Translations under genes and position numbers: made by a program
The notes under the pieces: generated by a model
The model's database searches: none
What the model was told of the DNA's origin: nothing
What the model saw: only the letters and a program-made list of their open reading frames with translations
Shown here: in pieces, positions 24,871 to 38,369 of the stretch
Layout of the letters: the number at the start of each line of letters is the position of its first letter
Position numbering within the stretch: the first letter of the stretch is position 1
Assembly: GCF_036321535.1 (NCBI RefSeq)
Contig: NC_087436.1
Location: forward strand, 61,320,001-61,384,000
Length of the DNA: 64,000 nucleotides
Direction of reading: 5' to 3'
Source of the DNA: Camelus dromedarius
Lineage: Eukaryota

Positions 24871-25496
24871 TGTTGCCAGTGATTAGGTTCTTGTCTCATT
24901 GCAGAAAGAATTCAGGGACAAGACATGGAGGTTAAGAAAGTAAGGTCAGGATTTATTTAGGGATAGATATAGTACACTCTCAAGGGGAGAGCGGGCAGGC
25001 TCAGGTGAGCAGCTGTGCTGAGTTTCTTTGAAAAGTTGGTTACATGGGGTTAAAAATGAATAGGTGGAATATTCATTGGGGAGGGAAAGGTTTGGGGTCT
25101 TATTCCCTGATTTTCATCCCAGCTCCACCTTCCCGAAGGGAGGAGCGATTTTTATCCTTATTTGGCCTGGATTGGAAGTGTCATGGTGTCAGTGCATCAT
25201 GGGTACTTCTAATCTGCAAGGCTAATTTTATTGTGATGAGGGCATAATGTTCAAACACTGGAGATTCCTGCCTTTTCCCACCTTTCTTTGTTGGCCTCCA
25301 GGACACTTGTCACCCCAAAATGTATATCTCTTATCAGTCCTGAGGTTCCTGGTTTTCTCTGCCCAAGGACCCCTGACGTTTACATGATGTATGGTTTCCT
25401 GCATTTGGCCGTTGCCCCCCCTTTTTGCCCAATTCCTGCCATTTGGCCTGGGTCCCTCTTTCTCTGCTCAAATCTAGCTATCTGCCTGCTCTAACA
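24871..25496 (-). mobile_element. ERV1-like solo LTR (626 bp)
   Basis: TGTT...AACA termini; flanks ATGT (24867-24870) and ATGG (25497-25500), a 4-bp TSD with one mismatch; TTTATT (minus-strand AATAAA) near 24952. Confidence 0.8.
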
Positions 25497-27024
25497 ATGG
25501 GAATGCCTCTAAGTTTTATCTATCCAAATATTATGTCTTTGTCAGTAACAAGATGCCTACTGGGTTTCATGAAGAAATCAAGATGAGGAAAGGCAGAAAA
25601 AGGCAATAAAAGGACATTTAACATATTTCATAGCCATGTTCCCTCAGCTGAATGTTAATGTCAATGTTAAAATTTCTTTTCAAGTTCATGGAGATTGTTT
25701 CCCTTTGTGCCTGGCATGAAACTAACCAAATTATTCATAGAAGTGAAAACTATTATTGTGGTTGCTTCTGCCTGTTTTTTAGGACATAAAGGACAGTTTC
25801 CAAGATCAAAGTAGAACCTCTGGCTGAGGGTAAAAAGCAATGCAGAGAAAGGAAGAGAGAAAGAGCAAGTGGGAGTTCACTGGATATTGACTACATGCTA
25901 AGGTAGTGACAGCTGAATAAAAGTTACAGTGTTAAAAAAGTTCTTTCATGATACTGAGTGCTGAGTGCTTTGTCAAGGGAGAAGAGTGAGGCATTGACAT
26001 AGAGCAGATGTGTGACTTTGGAGAGTCACTAAGATTCTCTGGGCCCCAGTTTTCCAGTCATAAAAGGAGGTCTGACCGGATGATTTCTAAGATATCTTAA
26101 CTTTAAATATTTCATTCCAAATCATACAAAAGAGAATTTAATGTACTGATAGCTTTGCATTGGTGCTGTAGTATAATAAATGTCAGAATCCCCTCTTCTC
26201 TCCCTTCTCCTCCCCAAATACCACATGGCTCATTAATATACATGCATAACACCATTTTCCAGGGCTTGGTGGTGATGTTCAGTGACATCTTATACAGCTC
26301 CACACGGGCAGGGCATCTGGGGCAGCTACATTTTATTTTAACTGAAACAGAGCAAAGTAGCAGCTGTTTGGCATTAAAGAGAATTTTAAGCCTGTGTTCC
26401 AACTCCACCAAGGGAAGGAGCAAACAAAAGTCAAAAACATTTTAAGCCAACCAGTCTAAAATATTTAAGGCCATCTGCATTCTCTCTGTATGTAGCCATC
26501 ACCTGAAATGTGCTCTTATTTTCCTTTAAAAACAGAACGGACAATGATTTATCATAGGATAAAAGATGCACTGGCTTTTAACATACTGAATTCTCAGCTC
26601 ATTGTCAGTGCCCCTGCCATAATTATGTGTCATTTGTCTAAGCCTGAATTTCCATTATAGCTAAAAATATAACATGAGATGCAAGTTTTACATGGAGGGA
26701 GCAAAAGTGGATCTTGTTTTCCCACAGCAACATGCTTGGGCTTTATAGTGAAATCTGAACTTGAAGGTTCAGATGTCCAAGCACTGTGACTCTTAATAAC
26801 GTGGAAGGGTGAGCACACTGTGTAATATTATGAAGCATTTGATCCTGCCTGACTTCTATGTCTTGGACTATTAAAGGAGGTATGCATAGTCGCCTTATGC
26901 CAATGTACTCTTTAACGTTAGGTAATAACAATTTAAATGCTCATGTTTATCCTGAACTCTGAGGCTGAGTATTACTTGTACTCTTTACACTATTGCTACC
27001 TTATTTCTTTTGCTATTTCCTAGT

Positions 27025-27560
27025 TCATTCGTTCATTCACTGAACATGTATTTTATGAGAGACATCTGTGTACAAGGCATTTTAATAGGTGCTGGAGAAA
27101 CAGTGGAAATAGGATAGATTTATTTCCCATCTTTACCATCTAGTGGAGATAATAGACTCAGAGCAAGTAATTACAAGTACAGTAAATGAAGAGTTTGGGA
27201 AGCAAGAGGAGGTGAGTTGAGCCTTAATGAATGAATGAAAATTAGCCAGGTGAAGTGGAAATTAACCAGGCAAAGAGAGTAGAGGAGGCTTTTGAAGGGG
27301 TGGGAGCAGCTTTAGCAAGTGAATTTATGCTGAATTTATGCAGTAAACATATGTGTGATCCCTTTGGGGAATTTCGTGTTTGTATGTTTCTAGAGTGTGA
27401 GAACAGGTCAGGGAGGTGCAAGACATGGAGCTGGGATGCTTGGCAGGGATCTCATCCCAGCTGCTCTCAGATGCCATTTTGGGGAGTTGGACCTATACCT
27501 GTAGGTAAACGTCATTGAGTGTTCAAACTCGTAAGTCAAATGCTCTTGTCTTAATAGAAG
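27025..27560 (-). mobile_element. L2 LINE fragment
   Basis: TTCATTCGTTCATTCACTGAACATGTATT...CAAGGCATTTTAATAGGTGCTGGAGA...TCTAGTGGAGATAATAGAC, antisense L2 3' end. Confidence 0.8.
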
Positions 27561-30500
27561 GATCAGCACTGTGGGGAAATGGATGTGAGGGAATGGAAAG
27601 AGAGCAAGACTTTCATAAGAAGCATTATCTCTTCTGTGGAGGCAATTTTAGTAAGGAAGTGATCCATACCTGATTCTCCTTGATGGCAGGCCTGTCTGTG
27701 AACCTCCTCCCTTTTCTGCCTGTTAATATAAAACCATATTTTAATGCCCAGCCTCCTTGTGGACCTTCTCTTCATTATTCCCAGAAAGTTTGTCTTCCTG
27801 TAAAATTGTATACTTCTTCTCTGTTCTCTCACTGGGTGTGGAATATATCCAGCTTGTAATGCTATTTATTCATTTTTTCTATGAGTCTTCTTTCCCCTAC
27901 AAAACTCTCAAAGGATAGGGAGATATCTATATTTCTTCAAATCTGTAGCATCTAAGTCAGTGTCTTGAAAAAATCATAGTCTTAGAGCTGGAAGGAACCT
28001 TAGAGACCATCCAGTCCTTTTCATTTGATGGATGAAGAACTTGGGACCCAGAGAAATGAGTGCCTTCCTAGAATTCTCAGCTGCCAGTTTAACCTTTCAG
28101 CTGTCCAAGAGGATGAGTATTTTTGTGCTCAATGATGATGAATTAGATGTCTATGGCTTTATTAGAGAGACATTTTCCTGTTATTGTAGTTTCGTGCATG
28201 GTATGATTCTTTGAGGATTAAAGAATGAGTGTTGTTTATTAATACCTCTTTTCATTAATAACAAAAGGCCAGGCAATGAGAAGGCTCAGTGAATTCTATA
28301 AAATATTTGAGCTCCAAGATGATGCCATGCATTCAATGTAATAGTAGCTGCTAACTAGATTAGGCATGTTTTTGTTTGTTTGTTTTTCCTGAGAATAGAG
28401 CATTGGTTCAGATGACCAATTCTCAGTTGGAGAATAAAATAAGGAACAATTTCTTTTTCCTAAGTCATAGGTGCCCTCATTACGACTCTGTCTTTACAGG
28501 CCATTCCTTTTCCTTCCTGTTCGCCTATGAATAATGGTAAAGCCCATCCCAGTGTCTTCAGATTCAGGGTAACAGTTGGAAGCCATGCAGAATGCACATT
28601 ATCTGTCCAAACAGGGCACGTGGGAATTTGGAAATGACAAATCCTTTACTAAGATCTTAATGCTTAAAATACGTTGCAAATTTCGTACGTACAGAGGTGT
28701 CGCAGGTAATGCAAATAAGTAGTCGGCTTGGTCGAGACTGGTGACTTAGACAATGAATGAGTAAGAGCTGACATGATAGCTCTTTCTCAACTCCAGCTAT
28801 TGTTGCCATGAGAGAATTTTATAAATTCTACCAGATTGATTTTCCAAGGCAGTGCAAAAATCTGGATTTTTATGTGAGATATATCAAATCTGCACTAATG
28901 ATCATGGCTTTAAAAATTGAAAACTTTGTGCAGCAAATATGCAAGCAAGCAAAACAGTCTTGCAGACTGCCTGAAGACCTGTTAGTCTGCAATTTCTGGT
29001 TTCAAAAATTTCAGAAACTTACTTTTAGCTACTAGATATACAAATGAATGACTCTACCAGCAATAATTTTGGGTAATTTGTTTGTGTGTTTGTGTATGTG
29101 TGTAATATTCAGGATACTCAAAAGAACCTATAGAAATTAATGGCGTGTTTTGATCCATACTAAACTTTCAGCTGGTTGAGAAGTGTGAAACCATGTATGA
29201 AAAGAAAACTAGTGGTTTAAATTACTGTGTAAATGTAAATGCAAAGTAAGGCATCCTGTCAATTAAATAAGATTCTCTAGACTCTACAACTTGAGACCAA
29301 ATTAATGCCCCACCTATGAGTTATATAGTATGCTCTAGAAATGCATATATCTCTCTATAAATTCATTCAATTCATTATAGTATAATCAAGAATTAAAAAT
29401 CTATTTGATCCTCTTAAAATGTAAAACCTTGAGATATAATTTATATTTGTACCTCCTATATTTACTACAATGGCTGTACATAATAGTTGTACATTAAATG
29501 TTTGTTGACTATATCAGTAACAAATTGAAGCCTATGGAGTAATTGTGATTCCAAAACACAGTAGAAACTCAATACTTACTTGTTTAATAAATGAATATAC
29601 TCATTAAATGGTAAAGAAATGGTGCCAGATGGTAAAGAAAGACTTTGTGGAGAAAATTACATTTTTAGTTGGACTTGATGTGAGTGAATAGGATTTCCAT
29701 ATGGGAATCCTGTGGAGGTCATTTGAGGGAATAGTTTGAATGAGGTTATGATGAAAATAATTAGACTGATTTTGAAGATGGAATTCCATTTTTATACCAA
29801 CTTTGAGTATAGTTTAACATGGTTCAAATATTGCCACTCAGTATACTGTGTCTGTAATTTTTAGGTTGTTCCCATCCCAGTACATTAGAACATTTAGGAA
29901 TGAGCCTGCAAACCTTAAGGGAAATGAGGCTGAAAAGGTGGAGTCATACCCCATTGTAATAAGTCTTTCCTCCACCTACTTGTTTGATTAGAGGTGAATA
30001 CTTAGCAAGGGGAACACTTGGGAATTACTTATGTCACTTGCTATAGTGCTGATAGGAAATAATTCTTAGAGCTGCCTAATGTGGGAGGCCAATAGCTTTT
30101 GGGGATTGAGTTTTATTCTTTCAAGCATTTCCCATTTTCTCTGTACTCTAGTTAATTGGATGTACTCAAGAGGCCTCCAGTGGGAACTCCTTCCCTGGGG
30201 ATGGTGGCTCTTCAGCATAACATCCCCAAGTAGCAATGAAGTTGAGAGAGAGGGGACTGATCTTCCAGGTATTTTCTGGGTGCTTTGGTGGCATGTGGAC
30301 TTTGTCCATGAAATTCTCTGTCCCTGAAATTTTCTCTGCCCTGTCTCTGATACCACAGCCTTATTTTAGAAGCTTCTTGACGTTGTTTGTAGAGCAAAAA
30401 GATATTTACATGTCAAAGGTCAGATCACTTTTTTGCTGTAGGCTTTTTCCTGGAGACTGACAAGAATATTTTAAGAACTCCTCGAAAAGCATATTTATCA

Positions 30501-31049
30501 GTAAGTCCCAAAGCTTATTTTTTACTATAATTTCATATATTCATATGTATTGTAAGTAATCAATCACGCTGCCAAACATCTTGTACTAAATGTGCTAATG
30601 AGCTAGTGAATCAAATATTTTGAAAGTATGGACATATGTAACATTGATTTTCAATATTTGGATCACATCAATAATCTGCTCAAGGAAAACAACTTTATTA
30701 GGATGGATCTCCATATACCTTATTAATACTTGACAGGCAAAACAACACTTGTTACATTCTTTGTTGATTTATTTCCTTTAACTCTCTGTACTGTAGGTCC
30801 CCTGAGTCCTTAGCAACAATATTAGTAATAGCGGAATTGTAATATTCATTATCTTGCTTAGATGGATTTTTTCCTTCAAGTAACGCAAACGTTTCTCAGG
30901 TTATTTTAGGAAATAGATTGTTGATACCAGTTGAATGTAGGTAGGAAACAAACAAACAGCAATGACCAGCAGTGAAGGGAAAAGGGGAACAGTTAAATGG
31001 GCGAAGAAGACAAGGCAACACGCTTAGTGCAGAAGGTACTGAAAGGTTT

Positions 31050-31175
31050 TGGAGGGAAGATGAGTGAGTTCTGATATGCTTTAGTTCTGAGTCCGGTCAC
31101 TCACTTAACCTCTGTGAGTCTCAGTTTCTTCATCTCTAAACCAAGGATAGTAAGATCTGTCTCTCATGAGAATGG
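31050..31175 (+). mobile_element. MIR SINE
   Basis: TCACTTAACCTCTGTGAGTCTCAGTTTCTTCATCTCTAAA. Confidence 0.75.
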
Positions 31176-31474
31176 GAACAATTAAATGATACAGATATCT
31201 GGAAGGTATCCACCATACCTTAGCCCAAGTAACTTTAGTTCTCTTTGTCTTCCTGCTTTTCTTTGTCCCCTGATCTCTTCCTTTTCCTCACTGTCCATTT
31301 TTTCCTTAAAAAAAAGAAAAAAAAGAAAAGTATGACTTGAATATGGAAGTATTTGTTGTGTCAAAAGACATGAGGTTTTAAGAGAACAATGTTAACTTGG
31401 TATCCTATCAAGAACAACCAGTCGGTATTGTCTGACACACAGGCTTTCTTATTTCTTAGAAAAAGTAGAGAGAA

Positions 31475-31690
31475 ATAGCATTTGTGGAGTTCTTATGATG
31501 GACCAGGAATGATGCACATCTAATTTAATCTAGTGATAACCCCATAAGGTATCGGTATTCTATTTTACAGATGAGGAACTGAGGTAAAGAAAGGCTGTGA
31601 ACTTTATCTAAAATCACACAGATAATGAGAAGCTCCAATTGTTTTTCAGACCGTACTGGCTTTTAAGTACTAAACCACCCTTCTACCTCT
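31475..31690 (-). mobile_element. MIR SINE
   Basis: TATTTTACAGATGAGGAACTGAGGTAAAGAAAGGCTGTGAACTT. Confidence 0.75.
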
Positions 31691-33469
31691 GTGGTTCTTA
31701 ACTGGGGAGAGGAGTACATCTGGATCATCTTGGGGAGCAGATGAGTGGTTTGAAAAATTTCCCCCAATAATTATGATAGGCCCTTCTTTAGGTAACAGTC
31801 TTGACCTGGGATCCTTGAGTGTCTTGGAGGCAGAGATGCTGGCATTTTCGGCTGGCTCTGCTTCTGAGCCTGGTAAGGGTTGGGTCCCAACTCTGCTCAG
31901 TGATCCTCAGAACAACTTGCAAATCCGAAACAGCACTATTTCCTTCTTAATGGATTTCACGTCTTCTATGGAAGTTTTCTATAAAATGTTTATCAAAGCA
32001 AGTGCATTAAGAATCAAAACTTGAATGTGGTCTCTTTAGGGTCTATTTTAGAAGAGCAAAAATTTTAAAATAAGAAACAATGTACATTTTTTTTAAGGAA
32101 AAGAAGACTCTTTCTTATAGCTCGGCAGGAGAGATGAGGAAGTAATCATGGGTATTGGTGCTGTTGTTTACTAACTGAGGTGCCAAAGACATCCATCTGT
32201 CAAGAAAATGTGTAGGATGTTGATCAAGCCTGGAGCCTCTGACACTGAACACCCCGCCGGGGACTAAGGATGCCACTCCAATGAGAGTGTGCCTGCCTGA
32301 TGGTACGCCACCTCTGTGAGAAGGGATTTCCATCTATCTTTGCACTGAAAAAAGGCTTTTATTACAGCTGAAAAAAGGGCACAGAAAAGTTGTCTTGATT
32401 TTCACAACAAGAAATGCAATTTGAGTGTTACATGCATAAGAAACTTTGAGAGATTATTTCATTTTAGACTTTGACAAGCCAAAGCAACTGATATTTTAAT
32501 ACAATGGAAACAACTACCCCTCACCCTAACTACTATTGAGGGTAGGGCTGAAAAGCAGGATATTTGAATGGTGTGGTGATATGGCTTCAGCCTTCCATGG
32601 CCTGTCTTTCCTTTTACATTTTTCTTCCTGATCATTGCGATAAGTTCTCTCTAATATCCCCCATTTTTCTCATCTATAAAGAGAGCCACCTGGTGATAAA
32701 TATATAATAGTTAGATAATTTACATTATTTTGTTGATTGACATTGGCCATGAGGAAGAATACTTGGAATCTAAGGATACCAACTTCCCAGGAGCTCCTGA
32801 ATCCACAGACTTTCTCAGTGCTCCTGGGCAGGTGCCATGTGGCAACCCATGCCCAGAGCCTATAAGACAATGCAGAGATATAAGCATCACCTCTGGAGAT
32901 AAGAATCTTCCATGAGGTGTGAAAGTACCTTCTTTTTAGTTCATTCTTACCCTCTTTCCTGTGTAAAAGGCAAAAATAATTTCCCTGTTTGTTTTGGATA
33001 TGTGTTGTCATGGTGCTAGAGGTAGACATGCAGAATGGGCGAGGGGTTGGGAAAATTTGGAAAAAGGTTTTATCTCTACAGCTCTCTCAGAAAGTCCTCT
33101 ATGTTGCCGAGCTTAAGACATTACATTACTACCACCCATGTTGCTAGCAGGCCCTGGGGGGACAATAAGGTATGCTCATCATTGGCAAGACATACAGGTA
33201 GCCTGTGATTCCAGAGTGGCTAACGCTACTGAAGACAGGGGCTGGGGCAGCCTCTTTAGAGTAAGAACGCAGATGAGGCAGTTTCTTGGTATATTTTGGA
33301 CAGAACAGCTAGTTATAAACTCTTTGCTTTTTAGCTAATTTCCTTGATATTGTAGAGTTGTATCGTTATTCATTCTTACTCCATGCCTCTTCCACACTTT
33401 CTCCATTGCTTTTTCCCGACTTCCTTTTGGATTCACTGTGATGATCATTTGAAAGATGTGCTTCTAAGT

Positions 33470-33800
33470 GAATCAAGGCTTTTGTATAAACTCTTCCCTC
33501 TGCCTGGTCACCCCATCTCCCCCTTCACTAGTCAACTCTTACTCGTGCTTTGGATCGCATTTCAAATGTCATTTCTTCAGGGAAGCTTTCTTTGACAGCT
33601 CTTCCACCCCACCTTGTATTTTTCCCTTCAGACTAATTATAATTAGTAATTACAATTTATTTGAGTAATACAATCTACCCTACAAGAATGCAGATTCCAT
33701 GAGAGCAGAGACTGCTCTTGTGTTGTGGCTACTGACTACCCAGCATCTACAGCAGTGTCTGCCTCATCATAGGTGCCAGACATTTTTATGGAAGGAAATA
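33470..33800 (+). mobile_element. L2 3' fragment
   Basis: TTCCCTCTGCCTGG...TCAAATGTCATTTCTTCAGGGAAGCTTTC...TCCATGAGAGCAGAGAC...CCCAGCATCTACAGCAGTGTCTG. Confidence 0.8.
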
Positions 33801-33814
33801 GTGAAATCTGCATT

Positions 33815-33950
33815 ACACTTATTAATCAATATTTACTTAATGCTTAACAGCTAGCCCTGTATTGAGTCCTGGGCCATGTAGGGAATTTAAAAGAAATAAA
33901 ACACAGATCAAGTTCCCAAGGAGCTTACAATTGTTTTGGGAAAACTAGTT
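33815..33950 (-). mobile_element. L2 3' fragment, tail-to-tail with the previous copy
   Basis: AATCAATATTTACTTAATGCTTA...CCCAAGGAGCTTACAATT. Confidence 0.6.
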
Positions 33951-34279
33951 TACCAGGAGAGCCCTCTTGTGATTTTTAAAAGTATATTGATTTTCTTACC
34001 ATACTCACTACTTCAAAAATCATAAATGTTAATAGAGCAATATCAATGCTAAGTAATAGAAGTATGATAATCAGTAACAGAATTTATACCAGGTATGTAG
34101 ATAAATTTCTGCAGTCTGTTCTGTTTATTTTGTCATACTCTGTTCCCTTTTTGGACCTATTTCAAACACAGCTGTATATTCTTCTTCCTTTCTTATTATT
34201 ATCATTACCTTCTTGTATTTATTCTGATTCTGTTAGTACACTGTTGTGATCGGTGATTTGAAAAGAAGCTAACAATTTT

Positions 34280-35466
34280 GGGGAAAAAAAAATCCATGTG
34301 ATGCCTCATGCTACAGATCAAGATAAATCCAGAGAGTTTAGAAAGACAAATATTTATGGGTAAAGGGAATTAGAATGGAATATTTGTTAAAACTCTGAAA
34401 AAGATTGACTTTCTCTGATTTGAAATGAGAAAAGAAACTATAAGAAAAAGACCTATAGATTTAATCTGATAAAATTCTTATTTCCCTTATCAGCAAATTT
34501 CTAGTATGGCTGGCATAGAGTAAATATTCCAAAATGTTAATTACTATTGTTTTATTATTGCATTGTAGCAATGAAAAAGTATGTAGTCTAAATAAAATCA
34601 AACAGAGCAACCTAGAGAAACTATTTTAAAGCAGAGAATATAATAAAGTATGAAGTTAATAGTTTGATTATTAAAGCATTCATATTCTTAATAAATGGGC
34701 AAAGACCCCATAGATATAACATATAAAAGAAGAGTTCTAGAAAACATACATGTAGAAAAAACATTCAACCTCCTTAGGGTCATTTAAGTTTAAGTAGTAC
34801 AAATTAAAATGCAACTGATAATAGTACAGTAAAATTGGAAAGAAATTCAAAAGTATGCATGAGTGATAAACCATGCTAAGAAACCATCATATAAACATTG
34901 AAAACCCATATTCCCAAAGAATTTCAACACAGCATTTTTTTCATATTGGTGGAAAACTAGAATCCTCATAAAATTTAACAGCAGAAAAAGGTTAAAGTGT
35001 TCTTTATCTGTGTGCGCAATCTTATGCAACTGTGAAAAGGGCAGGAAACATAATTTTTAGGAAACATAATACTAAAAAAAGTTAGGTTTATAAGGTTATG
35101 TGGTAGTACTTATTGTAATTTAAAAAATTCACTGGCCTGTTACTTTTACTTCTAGGTATCTGTTCTATGCAGAATGTGCACAAAGATGTATCTACAATAT
35201 ATATGTTGTTTGTAATAACACTGGTTTTAAAGCAAAAAGTAACAACAGCCTAGATATCTAGCAGTAGGGTGTGTTTAAATTAATTTTTGATTTTACTGTG
35301 ATGAAATATTATGTAGCCAATTAAAAGAATGATATGCCAGCGTGGAAAAAGTTTCAAAATACATTATTAAGTTAAAAAAAAATGCAGTTGCCAAATAATG
35401 TATACAGTATAACCTGATTTTATTAAAACAAAACAAACTATTTTTGTAGAGTTTAAACACATGGGG

Positions 35467-35552
<86 letters not shown>

Positions 35553-35910
35553 CAGAAGAATAAATTGGATAATATCATATACTGAGATGTTAATGGTTCT
35601 GACCTCAGGGAAGGGGGGCAATGGAAATGAGGTAGGGTAATAATGAAGACTTTCATTTATTACTCTTTAGACATTTTTGTATTGTTAATTTTTTTAAACA
35701 ATGAGCTTATAATAATATATTTCCTATATAATGTTAAAAATAATGTAAGAACAAAAGCTAAACCATGAAGAAGTAAAAGCAAAATATTCAAAACCAGTTC
35801 TAATTATTTTAGATCATGAGATTATAGGAATTTTTTAATCCTTTTTTCCCCACGACTACTATAATACAGTTCTATTCATTTTATGTGTAAAATTTAGAAA
35901 GAAAGATTTT
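34280..35910 (+). mobile_element. Degenerate L1ME-type 3' region, probably two nested copies
   Basis: TTTTACTTCTAGGTATCTG...TGTGCACAAAGATG...GAAATATTATGTAGCCAATTAAAAGAATGA...AAATAATGTATACAGTATAA are L1M 3' motifs; A-rich on +. Confidence 0.7.
35467..35546. repeat. (AT)5(AC)35 microsatellite
   Basis: Counted directly; perfect AC run 35477-35546. Confidence 0.97.
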
Positions 35911-38369
35911 GTTAGACATACCTTTCCCCTGAGACAGTGGCAACTGTGGTTTTATAACACATAATGGGCATAATGTAGGAGAAATCCTTGGTTATCTCAG
36001 CTGAAATTGTAAAACTTTTCTAAATCAGAAGAGTTTTAATTTACATAAAATCAAAGTTCTCGTAATTTCAAGCTCTCTAATCCTCCTCCCCCCTTTTTTT
36101 TTTGGTCAAGGAGAGGTTGGGTAGGGCACTTGTCATATAGCAAACAATAGGGATTTTCAATTCTCATAGGTTGGGGATCACTGCTTTAAGAGCTAACCAT
36201 CTAAGATAGATGACATGTGACACAGACAGTTGTAAAAAAAATAGACATGCAGACAACTGTACAAGTATTGAAAAAATGAAGTATTTACATTATGCATGAA
36301 TAATATGTCTTTGTGCACATCTCGTGGGTGAACTTGTCAAGTTATTTTTCTCCTGTCTGCTTTGGTGTTTATTTTCAAACCATTTCTACCCTAGAAAAGT
36401 CTTTTTGTACTGCTTTGGATCCTCTGGAAATGACTGACTATGACATACACTTTCCTCCTATCCAGTATATATTGGGCTTCCTTTCCCCATAATTTTTACT
36501 TTCTGATTTGTTAGTTTAATTTAAGCTGAATGCTGACTGAATAAATATGATTCCATCTACCTTAATGTTCTTTGTGTCATCTCTACCACATTCTGGCATC
36601 TAATAATAGTTAAATAATTTACTACCACTACAGGAAATATTTTCTGAGACTTTACACTTGAACCCTTCTCAGTAAAACCCAAATGGCTGAATTCACTCCT
36701 AACCATATTGTTTTCAAAATAACAAGAACAAGAGCCAAACCATAAAGAAGTAAAATAAGCATAATACTCAGAAACAGTAATGGTTTAGGTCATGAGATTA
36801 AAGATGATTCTCTCTTTTCTTTTTTCCCATTTTTCCTATAATGTGGTTAGACTTTTATATTTAAAATTCAGAAAGAAAGATTCAGAAATAAAACAATCAA
36901 CAGTTGTTTGCTTTAAAAATAATACTTGCAGATTGAATTGACCCCCAGAGCCTTTACCCGTGTCTCTGTTTTGTGTTGTAGAAACTGCCTTAGATTTGTT
37001 TGCTGAATTTGTTTTTCTGTGTTAATATTTTTCAACTGGCATGAAAGTTTTTAATAATTCAACACAAAGGAAGAACAATATTATAGTTGAAAATTAGCCT
37101 AAGAAAGGAGGATATAACCTTTTTATGTCAGAAAAATAGGAAGGGTGTGAGAAGAAACCAAATTAGCTGAACAAAAAGCTGCATAACGACCTGATAACAC
37201 AAATAGAAATGTCGTATAAATTGGAAACTAGAGTGCTCACTGAAGATGAATGTGGAGACAATTGCTTTTAAGTGTAAAATCAGGAGAGTTAGGCAAGAGA
37301 CAGGATGCTACCAGCAAGACATTAAAAAGAAATAACGTTTCAGAGGCTTATTCTCTCCACATCTCTTTTAAGCTTGGGTACACGGTAGGCCACCAGAATG
37401 TCTGGGCGTGATGAGAGTGCTTGAGACCATTTTTCTTCACTGCCATCATTGGTGCCGGGGGAAGTGGAAGGCACACTTTGGACACTGAAGAGCTGGAGAC
37501 CCACCCTGTGTTCTGATCCTGAGCTGCTGCTGCTGCTGCTGACTTTGAACATTCACAGCAGCACCTGTAGCCAAAGTCAGACCCTTGGCACCTCTCCTGG
37601 GAACCTGGACTTGACCCTGGGTAGGGCTGCTCCTGTCTAAACCCCATGCCTGGCTCCTGGGTGAGTGAAAAAACCAAACCAAACCAAAACAAAAAACAAC
37701 AGTGTATGAAAATCCCATCTATTCCTAAATGTTGGCCTTACCATTGAGCTTGCCTCCTCCCTTTGTCCCTGCTGTACTTAGGCCTGGAGTGGGATGGCAT
37801 TACAGATGAATCTCATTTTTAGAATTTCTTTTTCTGCTCTAATGTTTTACACTTTCTACCATGGTAGGCATTTCTTATCTTACCCTCAGGAGCTTTTGGT
37901 TCATCTTCTCTTTCCCTTCTCCCTCTTTTGAAAAACTATGTCCACAGGAAAACATTTGATTAACTCACTAACTCTAAGATAAATTGCCGGTTAAGTGTTG
38001 AATTTTGACCACCCCCTTTCTGTTGTGCTTGCATAAGCTTGAAAACAAGTCACACGGGGGTGTCTAACTTCAGAAATTTCACATGTGTTTTTTTAGTGAT
38101 TCTAAAACTATTCACCACAAATCACTGCTCTTATTAAGGCTCCTCCATTTATAATCTATATGTTTTAAAGACTTTTCATATCAAAATAAGTGTATTAAGT
38201 TGTTCCCCCACTAATGGTCTTATAAGTTGGTAAAATTTTTATTCAAAAACAGAAACTGACATTAAGGTATAAAGTTTTATGTTGACCTAGTTTATTTGTA
38301 AAGACCAATATGGTTGCATGAGAGGAAATGCCACTAAGGAGAAAAGAAATGTCTCAATAGAAGACGTTT

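Noticed and set aside
33670..33945. miR-708/miR-28-like hairpin from opposed L2 copies (AAGGAGCTTACAAT at about 33918)
   Set aside because: This is generic L2 sequence; the complementary arm is over 200 bp away and too diverged for a pre-miRNA.
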